Source: Tubulanus polymorphus
Lineage: Eukaryota; Animalia; Nemertea
Assembly (NCBI RefSeq): GCF_964204645.1
Contig: NC_134028.1
Location: forward strand, 12,509,263 to 12,573,262
DNA: 64,000 nt
Direction of reading: 5' to 3'
In this document: in pieces, positions 51,955 to 64,000 of the stretch
Numbering within the stretch: position 1 is the stretch's first letter
How the letters are laid out: the number at the start of each line of letters is the position of its first letter
The notes under the pieces: model-generated
The model's database searches: none
Seen by the model: the letters and a program-made list of their open reading frames with translations, nothing else
Told to the model about the DNA's origin: nothing
Made by a program: the position numbers and the translations under genes

Positions 51955-52444
51955 AGGGACAGCTCGGAAATGATGTCTATAGAAATGAATAGGAAATAAG
52001 CTACAAGAGCAATTCAACTCAATTTTATACTTACTTGGCATTCGATTTCAGACAAAATGCCTCTTGATTTTGAAAGTCTACATATCAATGATTATAATTA
52101 GCTGTTGAACAGACCTCATCTGTTCGAACTAAGCGCAAAAATAGGAATTGAATAGCAATCCATGGCATTTTCTAGTAGACAGCAAGGAACACGGATGTAA
52201 AAATCATCATTTTGGATTCTCATTTAGCGATAGAAAGTAAGATCATGGTTAGAGCTAATACTGAGGATATTTTGACTTATGAACTGATGAATCTTAGACA
52301 GAATTAGCCGCAAGAATAATTTCGATTATTTGCTTGAAATGCACCTCGTCTTGGTAGCGGTAACCATCTGGCATTGAGATATAACAGAAAATACATTTCC
52401 TCAAAATTCAACGCATTTCTAGACGCTATTTCTCAGCTCTCCCT
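51955..52444. mobile_element. Kolobok-type MITE
   Basis: ctaa|AGGGACAGCTCGGAAAT...ATTTCTCAGCTCTCCCT|ttaa. Confidence 0.6.
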
Positions 52445-55045
52445 TTAATGATGTTGCAACGTGCGCACCTGCTGGTTTAGCCGACGCTGAGTAGTAAGCC
52501 TTGTAAACAACGAAATGAGGTAAAAAAATCATGTAACAAAATCACAAATTGCGCGTAAACTAAACATTTTTGAACAGAACGGTTGAAGATGAGTGTATAG
52601 ATCAATAGAATACATCATATTGTGAAAAAAAAAGAAAAGTGTTAAGTTACCCTTTAAGTAGCTTACATCTTCACTCAGACAAATCGTCGTTACGCGCGAT
52701 ATACACTGGAGCGTGCGTTATCTTTAACTGATACATACATGCAGTGAAGACGAGACTATAAAGCGATATTGCCTACGTGACGGTACACTACTGTTTTCAA
52801 CGCGAACGCTCATCACTGTGCCACAGTTCACAAACTTATACAAATAATCAGGCTCTAAAACGTATCGCTAATGTAAACGTCAATAAAATGACTTCAATTA
52901 TTTGAGTATCCTTGAATATCAGTAATCGCGCTGGCAATGATGAATATCCACCTATTCAATTGTGCCGCGCACCTGCTGATCCATCCCATTCAATGTTATG
53001 ACGGCATGATGTAAGTCAAAACCGTGTGAACACAAATTTTGAAATACGACATATATTTTTGCTTAATCCATTCAAGTTTAAATATTGTATTTTATCTTTC
53101 TTAAAGGATAATTTTGTAGTCAAATAAGACCAAAGATATACATTTGTTTACGGTCCACATCCAAAATTTTTTTTGGGTACAGGTAGGCGCGGCATGGAAA
53201 CTGTTTTATATTTTCAAAGAAATATTTTTCATAATATGAAAAAATATTCAAATAAAATTCATATGATGTCACATATCCAAGGGTGGCTGAATGTATGGCC
53301 GCAGACCGGTGCAGCAAGAAATCGGCGTATTGTTTTAAATCCTGGAATTTACCACTACAATATTCAGGCCTCGACTTATAGTTATAGTTTGCTGCTTAGT
53401 ATTTTCAGGTCACAAGAAATTACAATTTATTACAAATTCTATCAAACAGAAAACACGCCGTTCTTCTGCTGATGAAATGTCAAACGCGCTAGCAAGCAGC
53501 GTTACAGTATCACTATAGTAGTGTATGCTGCAAGCGCGTGTGTTTGTGTGTGCAACAGTCCAATCTAATGATTTCCGCACGCACGTGGAGGCCTTGTGTA
53601 AGTGAATGTTCGCTTACACTTCAATGTCAATCAAATCAATCACCAGGTATTAAAATGAAACAATACCTATGGCGGATAATAATTACATTCTCACCAGCAA
53701 TGAGCATTTGAAATTCGCACGTATACGGCACCTAGTTCAATGAAACGTTCGCCATTCTATGGCTTTCCCATAATTATTTTAGTAGCGCCGGAATTCCCCG
53801 TATATCCCAAAAACAGCCAATCACATTCACTCGTAGAGACAACGCCCCCCAATCGAGGTCATTGCAATTTTATACGCGAGAGCTAAGAATTTTCCCGCCA
53901 AAAATAGTTTTTCGTAGAATTTTAACAATGTTGACCATGTCATCGACGGAGGTTCGCCATGTCTTCAATCGCATCGATTATACGTCGTTTAAGCCGAGAA
54001 CCAATGAAACAAATGCTCACATAAAAAAAGTACCGCGATTTTACATTTACATGAATTAGCTCAATGCCAACTTCATATCGCTGACAAAGGTAAACCAAAA
54101 AGGCCACAGTAAGGCACACGTTTCATATATATGCACAGATCAGGTTAGAGGTTTATTACTGTATTGAATGTTTTGAAAGTTCAGAAGAGAAACTAAGCCA
54201 TGTTAGGAAGTTATTTTGTACCAGAGGAAAAAAGTTTCATATGCAATAGCAAAATGGACTTCGCTAAAGCTTAAGTCCATAAAAAATTGGCCACGATAAC
54301 TATATTATCGCACAGATGTTTAAAAGCTTAACCTTTCCCTTTGAACCATCTTAATAAGTCTGTGTTGTATGAGGTTCCTCCCCCCTGAATTAGACTTATG
54401 CCTAATTGTAATTTACATTCCAAGAACGACTTATTTTATAAGTTATGCTTGTTTTCTGGGCTTTATTTCTCCAAGATCTGCATGAACTAAAACTTTAAGT
54501 AATCCCTTTGAAGGTTTATGTTTAATGCTCTATCCAACGATTTCAGTTTCAAACTGCACATCACTGAATACCTCTTAAAACCAGATGAACAACAGCCAAA
54601 GCAAAAACTACACTGAGAAGGCGAAAAATGGTTGTCCAACTTATTCGAACTTTATTAAAAATACTCTTAAAATTGTTGCAATATAGAATCTTTCAAGAAA
54701 AAATAAACATTACATAAAGGTCCAATCATAACATATTATTTGTCATTACAAACACAGTTATTAATGTAATGATATAAAATATTTGAGCAATTTTACTTAA
54801 TTGTACAAGAGTAACAAAAATCAACAAAACTGTCTTTGCTATTAGGCTTCAAAGGTTACTCGTTATTACTAGCATAGAATGAATAAGCTTCGACATTCTC
54901 ACTAACTTGTAGAACTAATTCTATTGTCACACCAAAACAAATATTGAGCCTCTTTTTTTGGGTTTGAAGTGAAGATAGATGCCTGAAAGAAATATGTGTG
55001 ATGAAAGCGGTGTTTGCTGTAGTTTAGATAAACAGAAACCACTGT

Positions 55046-55095
55046 CTAGTGTTGATAGGGGTTGTACATATCATTCAACATCCACCTGACAAAAT
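55046..55095 (-). CDS. Candidate alternative terminal exon of the USP36-like gene
   Basis: Strong acceptor tttttattgtttcag; read in phase 1 gives (D)FVRWMLNDMYNPYQH*; followed by unique AT-rich DNA with AATAAA. Confidence 0.4.
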
Positions 55096-55194
55096 CTGAA
55101 ACAATAAAAAATGTACCAATTTAGTTTTGGCCTAATCAATAACATAAATAAAATGTATTCAATTCACCGCCGGGCTTTTTGAGTCAGATATCAA

Positions 55195-55575
55195 GGCCTT
55201 TTTTGATAGCTTGGTTTACGGGAACCGCGTCTGAAATTTGAAGAAAAGTCGAATAACAAAATCTTTTTTTCATTTCAATTCCCGTCTGTGGAACATATTC
55301 AGTGAAAAAACGAGTAAAAAAAGTTTTTCACCTCCGCCGAATGAGAATCCTGGCTTGAATGATGAAAAAATTGAAAAACTCGAGGTTCTTTTTTGATCAC
55401 AGTGTAAAGAATTCGAACTTTCCAAGAATCATTTGTTTGGCATGTATATTGCCATATCGACAGTTCTCTCTTCCTGAAAACGTGATTTTATCTCACTGAG
55501 GGAATTTCTTTTTTCCTCCTCCAAAATGCTATTTTAATAGGTCTACCCTGTAAACCGAGCTATCAAAAAAAGGCC
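55195..55575. mobile_element. MITE with 3-bp TSD (Harbinger-like)
   Basis: TIR ggcctttttttgatagct.ggtttac; CAA duplicated. Confidence 0.72.
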
Positions 55576-56951
55576 CAAAGGCCAGCCATGGAAAACCCAA
55601 TGATCCAGTTACTGTTGCTTGCAAAAACCTAAGGACCTAAGTCAAGACCTAAGGAAGATTTTGGGAGACACTCAAGCCCGGCCAAGCCATTTTCATTCAT
55701 CCCCCAACCCCATGCAAGTCTACAACAACTGTCACAATAACTTGCCCGTCCCATATTGAAATGACAGAAATACTGAAAAAAAAAAAACTTACCTAAGCAG
55801 AGATCCCGAAACAGAGATTGAGAACGTTGAATCTGAAAAAATGGAAATATTTTATTCATTTTATGGTTACATAGGCCCCTACACGGCTAACAGCAGATCG
55901 TCTCCAAGGCAAAATTAATTAAGTTGAAATTTAAATTTGATAATCATTAGAAAGGCACACAAACACGGTTGAAAGAAAATTGGCGCTATTGCATTGTTCG
56001 ATTGCGCAAAGCGGTGAAATGTCAGAGTATTTAGGAGCCCAATATATCACAATTTTGACATTAAAAATGTTAGTTTTTTCGCAGGGGGTTCAAGAGTGCA
56101 ATAGCGCCTGAAAATTACACGCAACTAAAAGATTTTGCAACTTTGGTATCGATACAGTGTAGCTCTGTTTCACAATAGCCTAGTTAATGACGGTTTGCCG
56201 CTAGATAAATCAACAGAAAACACCAGCTAACTTCAACGTCAAGTCAAAATTGTTTACTTTTTCAAAGAATTATGCAGGCCATACTTAAATGAGTTCTAAC
56301 ACAACACTAGATAATTCTATCATATTCGGCAAAAAAATTCACTTACCCAACTAGACTTCAAAATGGCGTGTCACCGGTAATTAGCTGTAATAAATGAGCC
56401 CACGTGATCTCTGCAGATCAACAGATAGACAAATAAAGATATTCTCCGGATAGAACATATATTCCCGAAAAAATAGCAAACTCTAAATAATTGGAACATT
56501 TCACGGAATTCTCCTCTCACCGTTTCATCTTTGTTTGTAAGTTTTAGATGGCACTATTTGCCAACTGAAATTGTATTACGGTACAAAAGACGAGTTTACG
56601 TGCACTTCATTTTACGAGCAAGTTATTTTTTGCACAGGATTCCAAACTCATTATGAAGACTTCATCGATATACAAAGACAAAGAGATATTTATTTCAGGC
56701 TTTTTCAGGCAATTTCAGATCAATTTGAACCTTGTCATGCATCATATTGCTTGGTTTAATCAACACGCAGTAGAATTATCTTCTGTAATCAACACGCAGT
56801 AGAATATCTTCTGAAGCATATCCAAATTCTACTACCATTTGGCAGCAGGGAAGACTGCATACAATTAATCTACATCACTTTTTGACTGGATAGTGTAGAA
56901 AATCAGTCACTGTACTAAAATAAATGCTAAAAGTAATTAAAAATTTCTAAC

Positions 56952-58619
56952 CTTCACTTGGAATTTTCGTTTCTATCATTGTCTCCATTTCAACCTCACC
57001 ATCTTCTCGCTCTGCCTTGAGTAATTCAGACTCCTGTTCAACTTCAGGATGATTAAGATATTTGGCATCACTATCTATCTTCTCTTTTGGCTTTTCCCTT
57101 TTCGATTTATGCATTATTTTTGGTAATAAACTTCTCGGTTGAGGTGGTTTGGTCATGAATTTTTTCACTTCAGCAAGAGCCCGATATTGATTCATATCTT
57201 CTTCAGCTCCTCGCTTATTGCTGTATTCCTTTTTCACTATTTTCTCTTTAGTTTTTTCAACCCAATCATATATTTTCCTAACATCCTTTTTTGCACTAGA
57301 ATTGTCAAATCCTTCATGTTCTGTGGATTCTTCAGTTTGGTCGCTCATGACCTCCCCATCTTCATGGTGATGTTTCCGTTTATGTTTGTGTTTACGTTTC
57401 TTTTTCTTATGTTTTCTGCGCGACAAACATTCTTCCCCATCTGAGCCCTCATTAATGTCATTGTCACCTCTTTTCCGCTTGTGCTTTTTGTGCTTTTTAG
57501 ACTTTGGACATTCATCTTCATCCACTGGCTCTGTAAAATTTTTCTCTATCAACCTTGGGGACAATTTTACCACCCACTCAGTGTCATACACATCGTCTAA
57601 TCCATCTTCCTTTTCAGAAATATGGCATCCATATTTTGAATCTGAATTTAATTGTTCAGCATTTTTATCAAGGAATGGCTCTTCGACAAGTAACTGTTCA
57701 TTAGTTGGTTGCCGACAAGACTCGGCATCAACTGATGTATTTAAAGAAGATTTACGCCGATTAACGTTTTCATGGTTACATTGCACACCAGCATTGTTTC
57801 GTTTCAGCCTACATGGTTTTAATTTTTTCGATTTAGCTCTGTTAATCAAATCATTGGGAGTTACAATCCACCCAGCAGTTAATCTACTTGTATCGTTCGA
57901 ACAAATTCTCTGATTTTCTATATTATCCTCAACTTTCCATTCTGATGTGGAATTAGCACTGTTGTTACTAACGTTACTAACATCGGACCCAATTGATGGA
58001 GAGACTTGACAGTCTTTATGTAGTATATGCCACGGCGTGGTAGCATTAACTTTAGGTTGGGAAGTAACACACGTTAGCTGTTGATCACCACATGGCCTTT
58101 TTACTGAAAGCGTATGGGCGGCAGCATATGGCTCAGAAAATGTCTGTTTTACAACTTTACTTTTAGGTAACATCATATCACGCTTTTCCGGTTTTGTCAA
58201 GTTTGTGAAAATATTGCCATAGGAGTCCGTTTTACAGCTTTCTTTGTTGACGTTGCAATGTTTATTTGAAGGCTTCACATTTTGCGACTTACTTAGCTCA
58301 TCTAAAGGAGTTTTACCGAGATTGGAATCTTTAATCTCTGGTTCATCACTGCTACATGGTGATGATTTATTCTCCTGGTCTGAATCCAAATCATATGGAA
58401 CCAGAGGTGACTTTTTTTTAAAGGCAGGTTTTCCATTTTCTACAGTATATCCACTGCTGTTCTTCTTAATGTTCAAAACAATACGAGGTTTTTGAACTGA
58501 GTTGATTCCAAAAGATATTTTGTCACGTTTTCCAGGTGTGGCTATCATGCAGGTACTAGGCTGTGGAGTTGGTAGATGTGGACCAACAATTTGCTCAACT
58601 GGTCTACCCAAATCATTAT
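56952..58619 (-). CDS. USP36: USP36/42-like large disordered exon
   Basis: 1668-nt open exon, cttatag|..|gttaga, phase 1/1. Motifs DLGRPV, PLVPYDLDSD (USP42 LVPY+acidic), NSANSTSEWKV and KH-rich tracts; splices in frame to the 43617 exon. Confidence 0.88.
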
Positions 58620-60602
58620 CTATAAGAAGAAAATCATATTTAATTTTTTAAGTTACTACCAATGATAAACATACCTAAAAGCTCAACAAATTTATAAGTT
58701 GAAAGTGCAGGACCTGTTACAGGTCTCTCATATAAGTAACACATAGATAATAGTAACTCTTCAGGATTCTAGTTAATTTTTGGATCTGACTCATCAAAAG
58801 TAATGCTTTTTATATCTTATCACACTAATAGTAGGGGTGTGTAGCTATGTAACATATCTACAGGGTCTCAGAAAATGCATTACCCAAGCTTTGAGATTAC
58901 TAATTCATCAGCTACGAATTATTGTTTTGGGGCTAAGGTTGGTTGACTAAGATTTTTACTTGAGGATGAAATGTTGAAATACAATGATAAGCCATGCATG
59001 GCTGAGCACGAGTTTTCACGAATAGCCATGAAAATGGTGTTGCACCAAAATTAAGGATTGTTCCATTGTGTATGTTTACAGGTATTGATAAATGACCAGC
59101 TGCAAAATGAAATGAAGGGCCAATGGTCCAGTAGCTCGCAGAACTGCGTGAAATAAAAATCAAACCAACTGAGAGCCTGGTCTCATTGGAGGGTTTTCAC
59201 TAATCATATGGACAATAATAAAGGACCATGGGTCCAGTAGGATCAACTGAGTACATTTTAGTTTTGAGCACAAAAATCGATTTGTTCTTGGATTTGCAAA
59301 AACATATAAACAGCTGATAAATATGAAATCATCGCAGACTGTGTAGTAAGCATGTTCAACTTTGATGATATACATGGTAATGGGTTTTCCCTATGAGTCA
59401 CAAGTACATGGTAGAACAGTTCTTGATGATGATGAGACTAGGAAAGCCCTTCTAGTGGGATTTCCAAGTGATACCCTTCTGATGCCCTGTGATGTCAGGA
59501 AACAAGGTATAAATCGATAAGTAGAATGGGGAAAAATTTTCTCCCAGCACTTCCAAACGGCTTAAGAGCTGATGGACGAAACTTGCCATATCAATTACAA
59601 CACCTATTTCCTCCTAATGACAAAATATCAGTTTTGTATATCATTAGTTACAATTTGTGCCACCAAGAGCTAACAGAAATTTACTCTCAGAACCATTATA
59701 TAAAGATCAACACAGTTGATCCTAATAAAACCAATCAGGACAGATGCTCCAACTTCTTCAAATTTAAGGGCTGTGCTGGTTAGTGACGAAGCTAGGTTTA
59801 TCAACTGATAATGTTTTAATAGTTTCATGATAGGTTTGGTTTTTGGTAGGCAGGCATAAGTTAAAGCTTAAAACGATATGACTCAAGCTTATATCTTCGC
59901 TGACCACTACTCCGTGGCGCGCATTACATACACGCACAGAAAGCAAACGTATAAGGCGATATTGCCTATGCGACTGTTCTTAATGTTTTCAATGTGCCGC
60001 AAACTGATACAGATAAACTAACTCCAAAACGAATCAATCATGCAAACGAGCGTCGTCGTAGCAACGCGCTATACAGCGGCTTGAACTAGCGAGTAACGTT
60101 AATTATCTTTTAACCAAATTAGAGCCCTTATAACCATCGGAATCAAATATAAACCAAGCTGCACCATCTACATCAAGTAGAGAATACCTGTGTGAAATTA
60201 CAGAATTGTCGGTCCACACAAACAGCTTAAATCGTGTCATAAAGAAACATCCACAGACGGACAGACAGACAGACAGACATGACGACTATGCCATAGATGG
60301 GTTTCGTCTGACGACGAAACCCATCAAAAAAGTGACGCAGTATAAACTAGGTCAAACAATGACGTCATCAAGATGGCCGCCGAACTCCATTCCAATCGAA
60401 AAATGAAATTTCAAACTCATGTATCATGTTACAGTAAGCAAATACATGATTACTTTCAATCTAATACACTTATATGTAATGATTGCTACACAATAAAGTT
60501 AATTTCATGTTGATAAGTATGGTAATTCAGTTTTTATTGCTTTTTTATACCAGAATATGGTCACTTCACTGATACCAAAATTCTCGGATTTCGAACACAC
60601 AT

Positions 60603-61173
60603 TCAATTTTCAGTCAGCTTCTTTTAAGCATGCCATATTTTGAAACAAGGATAAAGACACAAGGGAATGTTACCACAAAAATAATGACCAGCTGGCTGAA
60701 TTCCATCACTGTTATAATCATGATCATCCGAATTATTTTCAGCATTGCCATGGTTACTGTCAAAATCATCACCCTCTTCAAAATCCGAACTACTATCCTC
60801 AACACCAAATTATGAATTCTCATCTCACGCTTCATCACTCAAATGTCCAAATGTGTTATCATTCTGATCAAAAATATCAACGAATTGGTCCAACCGTAGT
60901 CGCTTTGTTGATCTCACATTATCCATAAGACAATAATTATTACATATCAAGTCATTTTCTAAGCGTAAATTTTAAGTAAAAGCGTAAAATCTTTCCATAA
61001 AAACTCTACGACCTTGAAGTTAAGTTTGTGTCTGTACTACCGATATAGTTCTATCAATATCCGCCAGGTGCGGACACTTCCTAGTGATATTCATTCAGCT
61101 CCCGACTATTTCGGGAGCGGCAGTTTGGAGTGAAATTACGCTTCCGACTATCTCGGGAGCGGCAGTTATAGGG
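60603..61173 (-). mobile_element. Internally deleted piggyBac derivative
   Basis: TTAA|CCCTATAACTGCCGCTCCCGAG end with a subterminal direct repeat. Frame 60926-60603 joins an acidic N-terminus to FCGNIPLCLYPCFKIWH (piggyBac Cys-rich domain); contains stops. Confidence 0.8.
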
Positions 61174-62482
61174 TTAAACACTATGATATTTATATACCGA
61201 GGGTACATAAATTTATGGTTTTCTATTCAAAAGAGGCAATTCCCCACTTTTTATTGTCAATGTAAATGCGGACATATCACTACGCGATTGCTTAACCCCC
61301 TCTCATCCACCAGATAACTAAAGAGAAAAATGCACAGAACAACTTTTTGGACCATTAATCAGAAATGTGGCGATGTATGTAGGCAATAATTGAAACATTA
61401 TTTTGAGTCATTTTCAGCTGTTTCTAATGTTTTACGTGAACGGAGTGACAATTTGAAGTTATTATGAAAATGAGAAGAGTCTGCGCTATTTTTTGGTACA
61501 ACTATTTTCGATCCATTTTACTAGCATTAACTATCATTGCCTGTAAAATCTTAAGAAAACCTAAATATACTTACCAAAGAAGCCATTTGAGGTCTTATTA
61601 CAACCAAGAGCAGCTGGTTTCGATTTATGGGCAAATGATGGTCTATTTACAGCCTAAAAACAAGAAACAAAATACTTAATATGGACTTTTCTAAATTAAC
61701 ATGATAGTGCATGTTTAATCCAATTAAAACATCGGTAAATATACTCTAGAGTTTAAGGAGAACAAATGAAAGAGTGAAAATTCTATTGGATTGAATTCAA
61801 ATGATGGGAGAAAACTTACTTTTACAGATGATTAGATCAAAAATAAGGACGGAAAATATCAAGAAAAAAATTTTTCTTTTTTTGTTAAAATCATGAATGG
61901 AAACATATACCTATCTTTGGCATGAAGTTTTTGGCTGAATTTCAGAGGAACCAAGCTCCGAATGTTTAAACAAGAGGACCATACGGTCCATATGGTCGGA
62001 GACAGTGTTTAGTATTGACTAAATAGTAGTGAGTGGATGCATGAGGAGATATCAATTCTATCAGTGAAAACAAATTCCAGGGTTTCCATGAGGCTGTTTT
62101 ATTTTACCGTTAAACAAACATTTTCCCCCAGCCAAAGGTGGTCCTATAAATTCTTTGAGGAATTGTACAAATAAATTGATTATTAGTTCTCTAAAGACAT
62201 TATAGTGTTTTCATTTTAGTTTATTTCGATGAAACGATCTGTTTAAATAATAAAATGCGTGGCTGGCGATGTAGTGTTTAATAGTAATAGTGCGTAGGCC
62301 ACGTCTCTACCTTCGATCACATGGCCCAGACAGACCCTTCCCAGTGTTATCGCCCAGACCGATCTTTCCCACCCTATATTTCATAAGGGTATAGTCCACA
62401 TGTTAGCCAATGAAACTGTGTATAGGCAGTGTTCTGTGTGCTGCTTCAATGAATGAATGAAGTTCATGTGACAGGCAATATA

Positions 62483-63107
62483 CCGTATTTTCCGGCCAAT
62501 AAGCCGATTTTCTAGCCTCAGATTTTTACCCAAAATATCGTGATCGGCTTATTGGGCGGATACGATCTGACATAAAAAATCTTTTCCTGATCTATGCCAC
62601 TCTAATGCTCTCAATGATCGTCAAAATCAAGAAAAGTGGTCGATGTTTATTTGAGGTCATTATTTACTACCAATTATAATCTATCTTGAACTATTTTATT
62701 TTTACTTTGATTGTTCCATCACCGCACAGCGGCAATGGTATACATTTATATAACGCGCGAGTTCATCGTACTACCACGTGTCAGTTCATACATTAGTATA
62801 TATGCAAATCAGCAGTGAGCCGCGTACTGCGTGTATGGCTGTGTGTATAGTAATCAGCTGAGTGAGTCTATATATAGCACAGTCACTCGGCGATGATAGT
62901 ATACACAGCACTCTCACACATCGGCGGGCGCTACTGTCAGCCTCTTAAATCGTCAATTAAGACGAACTAATTGACAAATCAGTGAATTAAAATCTCTGAT
63001 GAAGGGCCGCGGCTTATTGGGCGAAGCTTTATGAAATCCATGTATTTTAGGCTAAAAAACTGCCCTCGGCTTATTGGCCGAGTCGGCTTATTGGCCGGAA
63101 AATACGG
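62483..63107. mobile_element. Tc2/pogo-like MITE, second copy
   Basis: Nearly identical to 48587-49194, TA TSD, one extra 17-bp subterminal unit. Confidence 0.9.
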
Positions 63108-64000
63108 TACTCTGCGGCAAAGACCACATGTGATAACGTAAGAATGCACTTTAAAATGGCTCCAAAAATCCTCTAAACTTACCCCTTGTGGGCTTCACAC
63201 CTGATGGGCTCGTCATTTGGCATGGATACACATTTGCATAATTTTTTTTCCAATAAAGAGTAACGGATATTTCTTTTAAAGATCACGGAAACCTTACTTT
63301 TCTCATTATATATTTTTTCTACTACGCGTGCCAAACAGCTTATTTTTCCTCAGTCAATCTGAGTCAGCCAGTGTTTACACAAGGCGGGACCCAGCCGTTT
63401 ATCTGGCTGTGTACACAGCACTGCTGTCTCTAGGGGGTATTCCCAGAGAGTACAACAAACTGCACAGTTTCTATGAACTACTTACGAATGTATCAGTGCG
63501 CAAGCCCATGTGAGGACAGTGATGGGGATAACACGTGATTACCGGGTAAAAGCGAAGAGCCAAGAAGTAACATAACTCATAACGTGTCCAGCGTTTGTGG
63601 GAGATTGTTACGTTTTCGTTTTTCATTTTTGATAAAACAAAATAGAAATGCAAATCTAACTAGTTACTACCGCGGTTCAAATTTAATGCGTCTGTCTCAC
63701 GCACATCGAATGCACATACGTATTAATAGCAGCTCCCTTCTTTTCAAGTGCAACTTCTTGTAGTTGGATGACTATATGGTAAACTACATGCAGTAAAGTG
63801 TATTCACAATGAGTTGACAGGCAGTTTTTTGACCACAGAGGTATCAATTTACAGTACTGAACTCTGATGCATGTTGTGCCAGTTAAGTGACTTGTTGCTA
63901 TGGTTTTGTACACAGATATATCGCATATTTTTGTAATATATTTTCACAGCTTGGCAATTTCACAACTGGAATAAAATTATTTTCGTAGTTTTCACTCATA

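Larger units (their letters stand above)
49673..54280 (-). mobile_element. Helentron-type element, family A, interrupted by family C fold-back
   Basis: Family A termini at 49673 and 54254-54280; lacks both the Harbinger MITE and the Penelope insert. Confidence 0.68.

Noticed and set aside
57139-58495. Plus-strand ORFs of 83-175 aa
   Set aside because: Antisense shadows of the large USP36-like exon.
59420-59485. C/D box snoRNA (TGATGA...CTGA)
   Set aside because: Antisense to the host intron and no convincing terminal stem.

Overview
AT-rich animal (probably marine invertebrate) nuclear DNA, mostly nested transposon debris. One host gene is supported: the 3' half of a USP36/USP42-like deubiquitinase on the minus strand. 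Its five phase-compatible coding exons are 58619-56952, 43617-43453, 40519-40404, 36450-36346 and 17783-17661; the catalytic exons were not found and probably lie beyond the window. Its introns hold Helentron/Helitron2-type non-autonomous elements with internal satellites, piggyBac, Kolobok, Harbinger, hAT-like and Tc2-like MITEs, a solo LTR, Gypsy remnants and a young Penelope insertion carrying two inverted hammerhead ribozymes. Downstream of the gene (1-15 kb) are a decayed spliced OB-fold ssDNA-binding gene, a segment bounded by hairpin direct repeats, a Maverick/adintovirus-like ORF pair, an intron-containing P-element transposase pseudogene, an L2 fragment and an RTE LINE with a possible HDV-like leader. 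All family calls come from motif recognition by eye, not from database searches.
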